From Candidatus Peribacteria bacterium (lineage in GTDB: Bacteria > Patescibacteriota > Gracilibacteria > Peribacterales > Peribacteraceae): 64,000 bases of DNA. Position numbers and translations under genes: made by a program. Shown here piece by piece: positions 30,482 to 40,175 of the stretch. How positions within the stretch are numbered: position 1 is the stretch's first letter; the number at the start of each line of letters is the position of its first letter. Location: assembly GCA_041691135.1 (NCBI GenBank), contig JBEPVF010000002.1:64001-128000 (forward strand). The letters are read 5' to 3'. The notes under the pieces were generated by a model. That model ran no database searches. It had not been told where the DNA came from and worked only from the letters and a program-made list of their open reading frames with translations.

Positions 30482-31714
30482 TTACCTGAATGGATATTGT
30501 TCGATTCTTTCTTTTACATATCTGACAAGATCTTTACCGCGTTTTTCCATGTCATCTCCTTCACGTACAGCCCACCCTATCGCCATCTCGACATCAGTAT
30601 CAGTCATTCCTCCAGCATAGATTAAATTACTGATTTGACGGCTTTCTGCTATAAGTTCTGCATTTCCAGCATACACTTCCGGCGGCTCATGAGGTTTGTT
30701 TCGAAGGCCATTGAGAGGCTCCATTGGATCGCCAGTCACAATAACCGGAATACCCGCGGTCTCCAGTGTGACACACGCTTGCTTGAGATGTTCTAGGTCT
30801 TCATCATTGGTTCGTAAGTTTCCCGCGCCAGGCGCATTTAAAATCAGCGCATTTAACCTGTCGTGCCTTGGTTTATTCAACTCGTAATTCGCGCGTGAAA
30901 CTAAAGCCCTGTATGAAAGGGAAGGACTGGCCTTCAACGTCTCGAGGTTATCCTCTAGTTTAAACTCACGTGACGGGTCGCCAATCGGGAAGTCATAAGG
31001 CTGCTCCTCACGGAATTCAAAATTTGCACTATCTCGCGGTACCTTTGCAATTCGTTTGGCTCTCGAAATGAATGCGTCTTCTCCACTGCGTTCTATTTTT
31101 CTTAGACCCAACGCAGCAAAAAAACTGCTACCACAGACCATTCCAATTCTCTCTCGCGTTTTCTCTCTCATGGAAGCGTATAACAAAGCGAATTCCATTG
31201 ATGTAACAGCATCTGAATCTTCTGCGTCCAAATCCTTGTGTGACGATGTGAGAATATGAGTGGCCGGCGTGCGTGGAATAGCCTGGTGCGCCGACGTAGC
31301 AAGATACGCCATATTGTCTGTCCCAAAGATGCCGATATGGACTTGCCCTTTTCCTGTGGCCTGAAAAGGCGCTAGGGCCGCTTCGGTCCATTCACGTAAA
31401 TATTTGATTTGCTGCATCAACACATGACGTTTCAAGTCGTCACTATCAATGGGAGATTGCACGCTAATTACTCGAACGCGGGCGAGTCGATTTCGTGCCA
31501 CCTCAGGCAAATGTTCCAAGGCACGCTTCACCAGTTCAAGTGTCGTATGCTGCGGTTCAATTACTTGCCTATCGTCACGCTTCTCGCGCCGACCCATCAT
31601 TGTTCCGCCGAATCCAGTCACTGTCACCTCCACGTCACCTATGGGGGACGAGTGTGCTTCTACTTCGGGCGAAAGCATCTTCAGCCGATTGACGGAGCTA
31701 GGCTCTGCAGACAT
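30482..31714 (-). CDS. Divergent asparaginase/glutaminase-fold protein
   Basis: GFGGTM, PIDS, FGTDNMAY, PGAGN, AGGMT echo type I asparaginase motifs. Confidence 0.7.
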   Translation of the reverse strand: MSAEPSSVNRLKMLSPEVEAHSSPIGDVEVTVTGFGGTMMGRREKRDDRQVIEPQHTTLELVKRALEHLPEVARNRLARVRVISVQSPIDSDDLKRHVLMQQIKYLREWTEAALAPFQATGKGQVHIGIFGTDNMAYLATSAHQAIPRTPATHILTSSHKDLDAEDSDAVTSMEFALLYASMREKTRERIGMVCGSSFFAALGLRKIERSGEDAFISRAKRIAKVPRDSANFEFREEQPYDFPIGDPSREFKLEDNLETLKASPSLSYRALVSRANYELNKPRHDRLNALILNAPGAGNLRTNDEDLEHLKQACVTLETAGIPVIVTGDPMEPLNGLRNKPHEPPEVYAGNAELIAESRQISNLIYAGGMTDTDVEMAIGWAVREGDDMEKRGKDLVRYVKERIEQYPFR

Positions 31715-31802
31715 GCATTATGTTGCGCGGAATCGAATAATATTAGATAAGATAGATTATGCAACATATCTTTTTATGAAACAAATGAATATACTTGTGG
31801 AT

Positions 31803-33860
31803 ATGAAAGATCGTGTGCATAAAAAAAAGGGTCTCAGTATGACTGAAAAAGCATTCAAAGTAGCTGAAAACGCCCACAAAGGCCAAATGCGGAGTTCAGG
31901 AGAGGCATACATCGAACATCCCAAAGCGGTTGCGGAAATCCTTACTTATCTCCACGCCGATGAACAAACCCTGGCGGCGGCCATTTTGCATGACACGGTT
32001 GAGGACACGTCCCTTACATTTAACAACCTAAAGAAAGACTTTGGGATTGAAGTGGCAAAGCTGGTGGAGGGCGTGACCAAAGTGGGAAAAGTGGAACAGA
32101 CGCTCGGCAAGCACGAACGGAACATGCAGTCGATTCGTAAAATGTTCCGGGCGATGGGACATGATTTGCGCGTCATCTTCATCAAGCTGGCAGACCGTCT
32201 GCACAACATGATGACCATCGATTATGTGCCGCTGGAAAAACAACAGCGCATTGCGCGCGAAACACAGGAGATATTTTGTCCGCTAGCCGACCTGCTTGGC
32301 ATACGCATCTGGTACCAACAGTTGGATGATCTCGCGTTTCGTACTCTGGAACCGCAGCGCTATCAAACCATCAGACGGAAGCGCGATGTGGCAAATAGGG
32401 AGCAACGAGAGGCACTGGATGCATGGATGAACGAAATGAAAGTCTTCTTTAAGGAACACGGCTTTGCGTCAGTCCGATTCTTACTGCAAAAAAAGCATCT
32501 GCACAGCATTGTTCAGGAGATCCGTGATGAACAGGAAATGCTTAATCAGCTCGAAACGTATTATGTCGTACGCATTGTTGTTCCGGATAGTGATGCCTGT
32601 TTCCTGGCATTGGGAACACTGCACGAATTCGCCACGGCTCTGCCGAATTCCATTCAAGACTTCATCACTCAGCCGAAGGCAAACGGCTATCAGGCGCTTC
32701 ATACCACCGTATTCTCGGGGCCAGGGAATTCAATCCGGGCAGTGATTTTTACCGAGCAGATGGAAAAGATGGCTGAATTTGGAGCGGCACTGCCGTACCA
32801 GCTCAAAGAAGAACACCGCTGGAGCACTCTCCCTTCCTGGATTGAGGCACTGGTGTCGCTGGACCATCAGCAAAAAGATTTGAATGATTTTCTGCAAGCG
32901 GTGCAGCAGGAAATTTTCCGGGTGCGTCATCGTATTTATATCTCCGGCTACAAACAAAAATTTTTGGACCTGCCGGCCCGGGCAAGTCTGCTCGACGCGA
33001 GTCTGTACGCCGGAGAACCGTGGAACACCAAAGCGGAGAAAGCTTTTTTGAACGGCAAGGAAACATCTCTCAGGCAATCGGTCTACGACGGAGACATCGT
33101 GGATTTCATTATGTCGAACAAAGCGGTGGAGCGACGCGCCGAAGATCTCGTCTATGCACATACCACTTTCGGTCAACAGACGTTAATCGAACTGCTCAGC
33201 GCATTGCCGGCCACGAAAGCAGTATCGTACGGCAAGGAATATTTCGATTCGGTTTTCAGCGTGGCGATGGATCCGTTCTTTCCGGTTGCGTGGCAGAAAG
33301 AAGTCAGCGCCCAGGTCAGTCCTTCCCCGCGTCAGCTGGAAGATATAGGACATGGTGTGCTGAATCCATTTTCTTTATTGGAGGAGAAATGTTTGGCATC
33401 CCATTTCTTCCTGCTCAACCCGGCTTGTTTTCTACTTGCCAACCAACCGCAGAATCTTCACATGCGCTTCATCCTCCGGACAAGCCTGGAAAATCTCCGA
33501 AGTAGGCGGATCATCGGCGTGCAAGTACAACCCGATGTAGTGAATATTATGGACAGTGCCGATTACGGCAATAAACGCGAATACCGGGAAGAGCTCGTTT
33601 CCCTCAAGATAGCCAATCCTGAACTCCTGGCTCATCCGTTCGCGTTTGCGCTGATGTGGACATTTATGGCCCAAATTAATCCGCTCGAAACAATTGCAGG
33701 ATTGCAGGAATTGATTGATACTCCTATCAACCTGATTCAAGTCAGTGGCAACTCCATCACACTCGGCTTTCATACCGATAAACTCCATACAATACGCGCT
33801 GTATATGAGCATTTGAGAAGTCTCCCTCACATTCTAAACATTCTCCGCATTTCCCCTTAA
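31803..33860 (+). CDS. Long RelA/SpoT homologue with intact HD hydrolase and degenerate synthetase
   Basis: AHKGQMRSSGEAYIEHP, LHDTVED, IKLADRLHNM, PKANGYQALHTT; start chosen after a TATACT -10. Confidence 0.88.
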   Translation: MKDRVHKKKGLSMTEKAFKVAENAHKGQMRSSGEAYIEHPKAVAEILTYLHADEQTLAAAILHDTVEDTSLTFNNLKKDFGIEVAKLVEGVTKVGKVEQTLGKHERNMQSIRKMFRAMGHDLRVIFIKLADRLHNMMTIDYVPLEKQQRIARETQEIFCPLADLLGIRIWYQQLDDLAFRTLEPQRYQTIRRKRDVANREQREALDAWMNEMKVFFKEHGFASVRFLLQKKHLHSIVQEIRDEQEMLNQLETYYVVRIVVPDSDACFLALGTLHEFATALPNSIQDFITQPKANGYQALHTTVFSGPGNSIRAVIFTEQMEKMAEFGAALPYQLKEEHRWSTLPSWIEALVSLDHQQKDLNDFLQAVQQEIFRVRHRIYISGYKQKFLDLPARASLLDASLYAGEPWNTKAEKAFLNGKETSLRQSVYDGDIVDFIMSNKAVERRAEDLVYAHTTFGQQTLIELLSALPATKAVSYGKEYFDSVFSVAMDPFFPVAWQKEVSAQVSPSPRQLEDIGHGVLNPFSLLEEKCLASHFFLLNPACFLLANQPQNLHMRFILRTSLENLRSRRIIGVQVQPDVVNIMDSADYGNKREYREELVSLKIANPELLAHPFAFALMWTFMAQINPLETIAGLQELIDTPINLIQVSGNSITLGFHTDKLHTIRAVYEHLRSLPHILNILRISP

Positions 33861-33864
33861 CTCC

Positions 33865-34881
33865 GTGGCATCTCGACCTTCCATTCTGCTCCTCTATTCC
33901 GGAGGAACCATCGGTATGCGGCAGAACGCAAAGACATCCGCACTCGAACCATACTTCGATGTAGACGATTTGGTGCGATATACAAAAAGTCTGACGAAAG
34001 TCATCTCCATCGATACCCGAACAATCACGAATATCGACAGCACGAACATGCAGCCGCATCATTGGATGAATATCGCCCAGGTAGTGCAGCAAGAATACGA
34101 CAACTATGACGGATTCGTCGTGGCACATGGAACGGATACCATGGCTTACACGGCTTCGGCTCTCAGTTTTTCCCTGGGGAATCTCGGCAAGCCGATCGTT
34201 CTGACCGGCGCACAGGTCCCGCCCGACATTCTGGGCAGCGATTCGGGTTCGAATCTTATACATGCCTGTCAGGTGGCGACGATGGACTTTGCCGAAGTAG
34301 CCATCGTCTTCGGTACAAAGATTCTCCGCGGCAATCGAAGTCTCAAAGTGAGCGAGAGTGAGCGCAACGCATTCCTTTCGCCTATCTTCCCAGATCTCGG
34401 CTCCATTCGTCTACGTCCGGAACTGAATCCGATGAATGCGAAGCGACGTCACAACAGCCCGTTGGAAATGCACAACAACTTTGTCGGCAATGTCGCAGTG
34501 GTCAAATGCGTCCCCGGCATGTCGCCGAAAATCATCGAGTCCATCGTCGCGTCGGGCATTGACGGCCTCATTTTGGAATCGTTCGGACCAGGCAATGTTC
34601 CAAGCAAGGAAAATTCGCTGCTCCCGCCGATCAAAGCAACGCTCGAGAAAAATATTCCGGTACTCATCGCCACGCAATGCATCTACGGCGCAACGCGCAT
34701 GTACTTGTACGATGTCGGACAAAAAGCCATCAAGCTCGGCGTTATTCCGACCGGTGATATGACGCCCGAAGCGGCGTACGTTAAACTGAAGTGGGCACTG
34801 GCACAGAGCAAAAAAATAACCGATATTAGTGTCATTTTTTCCACGGATATCGCAGGCGAAATCACCATAGCCAATCCGTAA
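33865..34881 (+). CDS. ansA: L-asparaginase type I
   Basis: YSGGTIGM, NIDSTNM, HGTDTMAYTAS, LTGAQVP, RGNR, DMTPEAAYVKL. Confidence 0.93.
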   Translation: MASRPSILLLYSGGTIGMRQNAKTSALEPYFDVDDLVRYTKSLTKVISIDTRTITNIDSTNMQPHHWMNIAQVVQQEYDNYDGFVVAHGTDTMAYTASALSFSLGNLGKPIVLTGAQVPPDILGSDSGSNLIHACQVATMDFAEVAIVFGTKILRGNRSLKVSESERNAFLSPIFPDLGSIRLRPELNPMNAKRRHNSPLEMHNNFVGNVAVVKCVPGMSPKIIESIVASGIDGLILESFGPGNVPSKENSLLPPIKATLEKNIPVLIATQCIYGATRMYLYDVGQKAIKLGVIPTGDMTPEAAYVKLKWALAQSKKITDISVIFSTDIAGEITIANP

Positions 34882-34930
34882 GACGGCAAATTTCCTCTGT
34901 CCGATGCACCCTTTCTGATACTCTTTGCCC

Positions 34931-37900
34931 ATGCCTTTCGACCCCGTCGACCCCAAACAGTCATTGCCCGATATGGAGCGCGGCATTCTGCGCTACTGGC
35001 AGGAGGAAGATACTTTCAAGCGGTCCATCCGCAGCAAGGTCGTCGAGGACGTAAACAAGAAGCGCGAGGACGATCAAAACACGCAGTACAGCTTCTACGA
35101 CGGACCGCCATTCGCCACAGGTTTGCCGCACTACGGACATCTGCTGGCCGGCACTATTAAGGATGTAATCCCGCGTTACCAGACAATGAAGGGCAAACAT
35201 GTGCAGCGCCGGTTCGGCTGGGATTGCCATGGTTTACCGGTCGAGTACGAGATCGAGAAAGCGAATAACCTGACCCGCATAGACATCGAAGAGATGGGTG
35301 TGAAAGCATTCAACGATCTGTGTCGCAGCGTAGTGCAGCGTTACACCAAAGAGTGGCGCGTGACGGTGGAACGCATGGGTCGCTGGGTGGATATGGATTG
35401 GGACTACCGCACGATGGATCCCGAATATATGGAGAGTATCTGGTGGGGGTTCAAGGAGCTGCACAAAAAAGGACTCGTGTACCAAGGCTTCCGTCCGATG
35501 CACATCTGTCCACGTTGCGTGACGCCGCTGAGCAACTTTGAGGTGACGCAGGGATATAAGGAGGTGACGGACTTGTCGGCGGTGGCGAAATTCCTTTTGA
35601 CGGAGGGGACCGATGGAACCGAAGAAACCGAGGAGAAAACATTTTTCTTGGCGTGGACGACGACGCCGTGGACGTTGCCGGGAAATTTATTCTTGGCGGT
35701 GAATCCTGAGGTTGAATACGTTAAATGGAATTGGAATGATGAATTTTTTATTTCTTCAAAAGAATTCTTTAAAGAATGGAAAGAAAAAGGAGCAGGGCAG
35801 TATGCACCAGTCGTAAAACCGGGTCATCATATACCGGAATCGCCTCGCGTCATGCAAGAATACAAAGGAACTGAACTGGTAGGAAAAAATTATGAACCAC
35901 TGTTCCCGTATTTCGCTGATCAATATCCGGATGCGTTCCGCGTAGTAGAAGGTGATTTCGTGACGACGGAGGACGGAACGGGAATCGTGCACATTGCTCC
36001 GGGCTTCGGGGAAGATGACTTCAAGACCGGCCAGCGCGAAAAAGTGAAGATGCTCCAGCATGTGACAATGGACGGAAAGTTCATCAAAGAAGTGACGGAT
36101 TTTTCCGGTATGGAAGTGAAGCCGAAGGACAAGCCGTCAAGCATGGATCAGAAGATCAATGAGTATTTGAAAACGCACGGAACGCTGTTCGAAGAGAAAC
36201 CGTTCCGGCACACGTACCCACACTGCTGGCGCTGCGACTCCCCTCTTCTGAACTACGCGACGTCATCGTGGTTTGTATCGGTCGAAAAGATCAAGGACAA
36301 GATGCTGAAGAACAACGCGAAAACGGAATGGGTGCCGGCGCACATTCGTGACGGGCGGTTCGGGAAGTGGCTCGAGAACGCACACGACTGGTCGGTGTCC
36401 CGCAACCGTTTCTGGGGCACGCCTCTGCCACTGTGGATAAATGACGAGACCGGCGAGATCGAAGCCATCGGCAGCCGCGATGAACTGATTGCCAAAGATC
36501 CGCAGCGCTTTACGAAGCTCACGGTGATCCGTCATGCCGAGAGCGAGGGGAATTTGATACCGATTTATCAGGGTACCGTACCGGGCACATCGCTCTCAAA
36601 AAACGGCATCTCTCAAGCGAAGGAGTTGGCCAAGCTGATGAAGAAAGAACCTGTGCATGTCATCTATACATCGCCGCTCGATCGGGCCAAACAAACGGCT
36701 GACATCGTCGGCAAAGCGGTGAAGACCGAGGTGACCGTCGATGATCGTCTACGCGAAGTATCGTTCGGCGAGTACGAAGGCAAGATGGTCGACTTCAGCG
36801 ACCTGAGTTTTGTAAAAGCCAAGCGTGCCAAGCAGCTGGAAGCCGATGCAGTGGAGAGCATTTACCATTTCCCGGGCATGGAAACGTGGGGCGAAGTGTC
36901 GTCGCGCGTGATGCCGTTCCTGCAGGAAATAATCGAGAAACATAAGGGCGAGCATGTCGTGATCGTGACGCATGCCGATCCCATCCAACACGTGCGACAA
37001 TTCTTCACCGATCAGGAACCTCGCAAACTGGTGAATCAGCCGTATCCGAGCTTTACTGAACCGTACACGTTCTACTGGGATCACCGGACAAACGCGCCGC
37101 TGGATCTGCACAAAGAAATCGTCGATGACATCACGTGGCAGGCCGGCAGCGACGAAAACGCAGTCACACTCACGGTCGTCAGGCACGGCCAGAGTGATTG
37201 GAATATCGACGAACGCATTGCCGGAGCGAGTGACCGACCGTTATCGGATAAAGGTCGCGAGCAGGCAGCCGCATTACGACAAAAATTGAACGCCAACGAC
37301 TACGATGTGATTCTCTCATCTGATTTGGAGCGCACGCTCGAAACGGGGCGCATCGCCACCAGCGGATGGGGCAAGGAAATCGTCGTGGAACCATTGTTCC
37401 GCGAACAGAATCTGGGTGACTGGGAAGGTAAATTGCTGGAAGAAGTACGCAAGGAACATCCGGAGTATTCCGAAAATTTTCTGAAGGACGTGGCAGAAGT
37501 TCCTGGCGGTGAGAATCGCCGCGAGTTCCTCAACCGCGTACGTGAAGCAATCAAGTACCTGCGAGAGAAACACAAAGGCAAGCGCGTGCTGCTCTTCACG
37601 CACCGTCGCTGGATCTCGGGCTTGCGGCACCTGAAACTGGCCGCACCGATCTGGGAACCGCTCGAGAACACGCATCACGAAACTCTCGTCCTGAAGCCAA
37701 CTTTCCGCCGGGTGGGCGATGTGTTCGACTGCTGGGTGGAAAGCGGATCGATGCCGTTCGCACAGAGTCATTATCCATTCGAGAGTGGCCACAAAAAAGA
37801 CGTACCTCCTGGTTTTCCAGCCAACTTCATCGCCGAAGGAATTGATCAGACGCGTGGATGGTTTTATACACTGACGGTATTGGCAACGGCGCTGTTCGAT

Positions 37901-39304
37901 AGTCCGGCATTCCATCATTGTATTGTGAACGGCACGGTGCTGGCGGAGGACGGCAAAAAGATGAGCAAGCGTTTGAAGAATTATCCTGAGCCACTTGTGG
38001 TAGTGGAGAAGCATGGCGCTGATGCGGTACGCTTTGCACTCATGAGTTCACCGGCCGTTCGCGGCGAAGACATGCGCTTTTCCGAAAAAACAGTCGAGGA
38101 GACGGTTCGCAATGTGCTGTTGCCGCTGTGGAATACCTATTCATTCTTCGTCACCTACGCGAACGCAGCCCAGTGGAAACCGAGCATGGAGAGACGTGAA
38201 TCGACGCATCCTTTGGACCGATGGATAAAAGCCGAAGTACAGGACCTGACTAATCGTATGACAGCCCAGCTCGATCGATACGACCTGTCGGCATCATGCG
38301 GCGAACTCGACGAGACGATCGATGCACTCACCAATTGGTATATCCGCCTCTCGCGCCGGCGGTTTGCCGGCAAGTCGGCATTGCAGGAACAGGGGCCTAT
38401 CGAAGGCGCAAAACCCGAGGAGCAAGCTGACGCGCTTGGCACGCTCTACGACGTTCTTGTCACGCTCACTCAGCTGTTAGCACCGTTCTGTCCGTTCATG
38501 ACCGAAGAGATCTACTTGAATTTGGCAGCCGATGACCACGGCTCGGTCCACCTCACGCGCTGGCCCACAACTCGGGCGCTGACGAAAGAAGAGAACGTGA
38601 TCATCGAAAAAAATCGTCTGCTCCGCCGCATCGTCTCACTCGGACTCTCCATTCGTTCGGAAAAGAAAGTGAAAGTACGACAGCCATTGCAACAAGCTCT
38701 CGTTGCCGTTCCGGCGACTCTCCGATCGATCGTGAACATCACATCCGAAGACGTGGCGCTTCTGCGTGACGAGATCAACGTGCGCGAAGTGGAATTCGTG
38801 GACGACCCCGGCAGTTTGGCACAAGCAATTGCGCTGGTGGATGCCAGAAAAGCAGGCCCGCGTTTCGGCGGTGCCGTTCAGGAACTGATTGCCGCCGGTA
38901 AGCGCGGTGAGTTCGAGCAGAAGGGCGACACGATCATCATTGCCGGCAAAGAATTGAGCAAGGAAGAAGCCACCATCGTCTATCGCGGCAAAGACGGGGA
39001 CACAGACAACGTTGCCGCTGATCACGGCGTCGTCGTGAGTCTCGATACGAACATCACTCCCGAACTGCAGCTCGAAGGTAACGCCCGCGATCTGATCCGC
39101 GCGATTCAAAAAGAACGCAAAGAATCGGCACTGCAAATGCAAGATCGAATCAGTCTGAAAATCGAAGGGGCGGATGATGTCGTCCAACTACATAAGAGCC
39201 TGATCGAACGCGAGACCAATGCCACCTTCGGCTCGGCCTCGGGAAGCGAATATGCGGTGGATGTGGAGGGAAAGAAGGTGATGTTTTGGTTTGAGAAGGT
39301 GTGA
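34931..39304 (+). CDS. ileS: Isoleucine--tRNA ligase (type 2) with two inserted histidine phosphatase domains
   Basis: DGPPFATGLPHYGH, GWDCHGLP, WTTTPWTLP, DWSVSRNRFWG, EGIDQTRGWF, KMSKR; inserts begin RHAES and RHGQS. Confidence 0.97.
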   Translation: MPFDPVDPKQSLPDMERGILRYWQEEDTFKRSIRSKVVEDVNKKREDDQNTQYSFYDGPPFATGLPHYGHLLAGTIKDVIPRYQTMKGKHVQRRFGWDCHGLPVEYEIEKANNLTRIDIEEMGVKAFNDLCRSVVQRYTKEWRVTVERMGRWVDMDWDYRTMDPEYMESIWWGFKELHKKGLVYQGFRPMHICPRCVTPLSNFEVTQGYKEVTDLSAVAKFLLTEGTDGTEETEEKTFFLAWTTTPWTLPGNLFLAVNPEVEYVKWNWNDEFFISSKEFFKEWKEKGAGQYAPVVKPGHHIPESPRVMQEYKGTELVGKNYEPLFPYFADQYPDAFRVVEGDFVTTEDGTGIVHIAPGFGEDDFKTGQREKVKMLQHVTMDGKFIKEVTDFSGMEVKPKDKPSSMDQKINEYLKTHGTLFEEKPFRHTYPHCWRCDSPLLNYATSSWFVSVEKIKDKMLKNNAKTEWVPAHIRDGRFGKWLENAHDWSVSRNRFWGTPLPLWINDETGEIEAIGSRDELIAKDPQRFTKLTVIRHAESEGNLIPIYQGTVPGTSLSKNGISQAKELAKLMKKEPVHVIYTSPLDRAKQTADIVGKAVKTEVTVDDRLREVSFGEYEGKMVDFSDLSFVKAKRAKQLEADAVESIYHFPGMETWGEVSSRVMPFLQEIIEKHKGEHVVIVTHADPIQHVRQFFTDQEPRKLVNQPYPSFTEPYTFYWDHRTNAPLDLHKEIVDDITWQAGSDENAVTLTVVRHGQSDWNIDERIAGASDRPLSDKGREQAAALRQKLNANDYDVILSSDLERTLETGRIATSGWGKEIVVEPLFREQNLGDWEGKLLEEVRKEHPEYSENFLKDVAEVPGGENRREFLNRVREAIKYLREKHKGKRVLLFTHRRWISGLRHLKLAAPIWEPLENTHHETLVLKPTFRRVGDVFDCWVESGSMPFAQSHYPFESGHKKDVPPGFPANFIAEGIDQTRGWFYTLTVLATALFDSPAFHHCIVNGTVLAEDGKKMSKRLKNYPEPLVVVEKHGADAVRFALMSSPAVRGEDMRFSEKTVEETVRNVLLPLWNTYSFFVTYANAAQWKPSMERRESTHPLDRWIKAEVQDLTNRMTAQLDRYDLSASCGELDETIDALTNWYIRLSRRRFAGKSALQEQGPIEGAKPEEQADALGTLYDVLVTLTQLLAPFCPFMTEEIYLNLAADDHGSVHLTRWPTTRALTKEENVIIEKNRLLRRIVSLGLSIRSEKKVKVRQPLQQALVAVPATLRSIVNITSEDVALLRDEINVREVEFVDDPGSLAQAIALVDARKAGPRFGGAVQELIAAGKRGEFEQKGDTIIIAGKELSKEEATIVYRGKDGDTDNVAADHGVVVSLDTNITPELQLEGNARDLIRAIQKERKESALQMQDRISLKIEGADDVVQLHKSLIERETNATFGSASGSEYAVDVEGKKVMFWFEKV

Positions 39305-39360
39305 TGTGCGAGGAAACCGACGGAACCGAGGGAACCGAGGATTTTGTTTTTCTGCATTCT

Positions 39361-39698
39361 CACTACTTCCAGGCGGCCCTACGCCGCCCAACCTCTTCGC
39401 CTGCTCGCTATTCCAGGCAAACACTCCTCCGACTATGTGGTGGGGATGAGTGGTTACGAGCCCTGCTGTCGCCAGCCCACAGGCGCGACAGCAGGGCGAG
39501 GTGGGTCATAGGCGGTGCGCTTTCTTTGGTCCTTTCTTTGTCGGGGAGACAAAGAAAGGACACCAGTGGTGATTGGAGAGGTTGGTGCTGGGGAATCATG
39601 AACATCCGCGGGTAGCAAACCCGCTCCCCTAGAGAAAATTGAAGCAAGGAATGATGAAGACATAGAACACAACCGCGCCAAGAGATAGCGCTCTGTAG
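39361..39698 (+). repeat. Structured non-coding repeat, copy 2
   Basis: Homologous to 22440-22840; lacks the first REP-like module. Confidence 0.85.
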
Positions 39699-39751
39699 TA
39701 GCAAAGATACGAGGATTGGAAAATCATCCTCTCTAAGATATCCTACGAACC

Positions 39752-40147
39752 ATGACTGACTCCCGAAACAGGTTATCCGCACCTGCGCGTTTATTCATTC
39801 GTGCGATACTGAATATATTGCTCGTCTGGGCAATGGCGACGTACTTATCTGAATACTTCCTGCTCACTGGCGGCCTTGGCGCTGTCATTATTGTCGGCGC
39901 ACTGCTCACGCTCATGAATGTCATCGTCCGGCCTCTGCTCAAACTTCTGACCCTGCCGCTGCGCCTATTCGCCATGGTCATTGCGCTCATACTGGTGAAC
40001 GGCGTTTTCATTTGGCTCATCTACCAGATTACACAACAAATGGATCCGACAGTCGTGAGACTGCAGATCATAGGCGCTGCCGGGTGGGTAATCGTCAGCG
40101 TCGTGTTCGGCATCGGCAACTGGCTGATAAAGGCTGCTCTCAAATAA
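39752..40147 (+). CDS. 4-TM phage holin-like family (YvlD-type) membrane protein
   Basis: NVIVRPLLKLLTLPL motif. Confidence 0.85.
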   Translation: MTDSRNRLSAPARLFIRAILNILLVWAMATYLSEYFLLTGGLGAVIIVGALLTLMNVIVRPLLKLLTLPLRLFAMVIALILVNGVFIWLIYQITQQMDPTVVRLQIIGAAGWVIVSVVFGIGNWLIKAALK

Positions 40148-40175
40148 CTCGTCCCGGTATCTCTCGGGTTTTACC

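Noticed and set aside
31449-31802. N-terminal 118 aa of the 803-aa RSH ORF
   Set aside because: Mostly overlaps the opposite-strand asparaginase-like gene; RSH homology starts near 31803-31839
36510-37695. Intein or intron in ileS
   Set aside because: No Cys/Ser...His-Asn splice motifs and no frame break; the inserts are phosphatase domains
39752-40147. Prophage suggested by the holin-like gene
   Set aside because: This family is commonly chromosomal, and no phage structural or integrase genes are nearby
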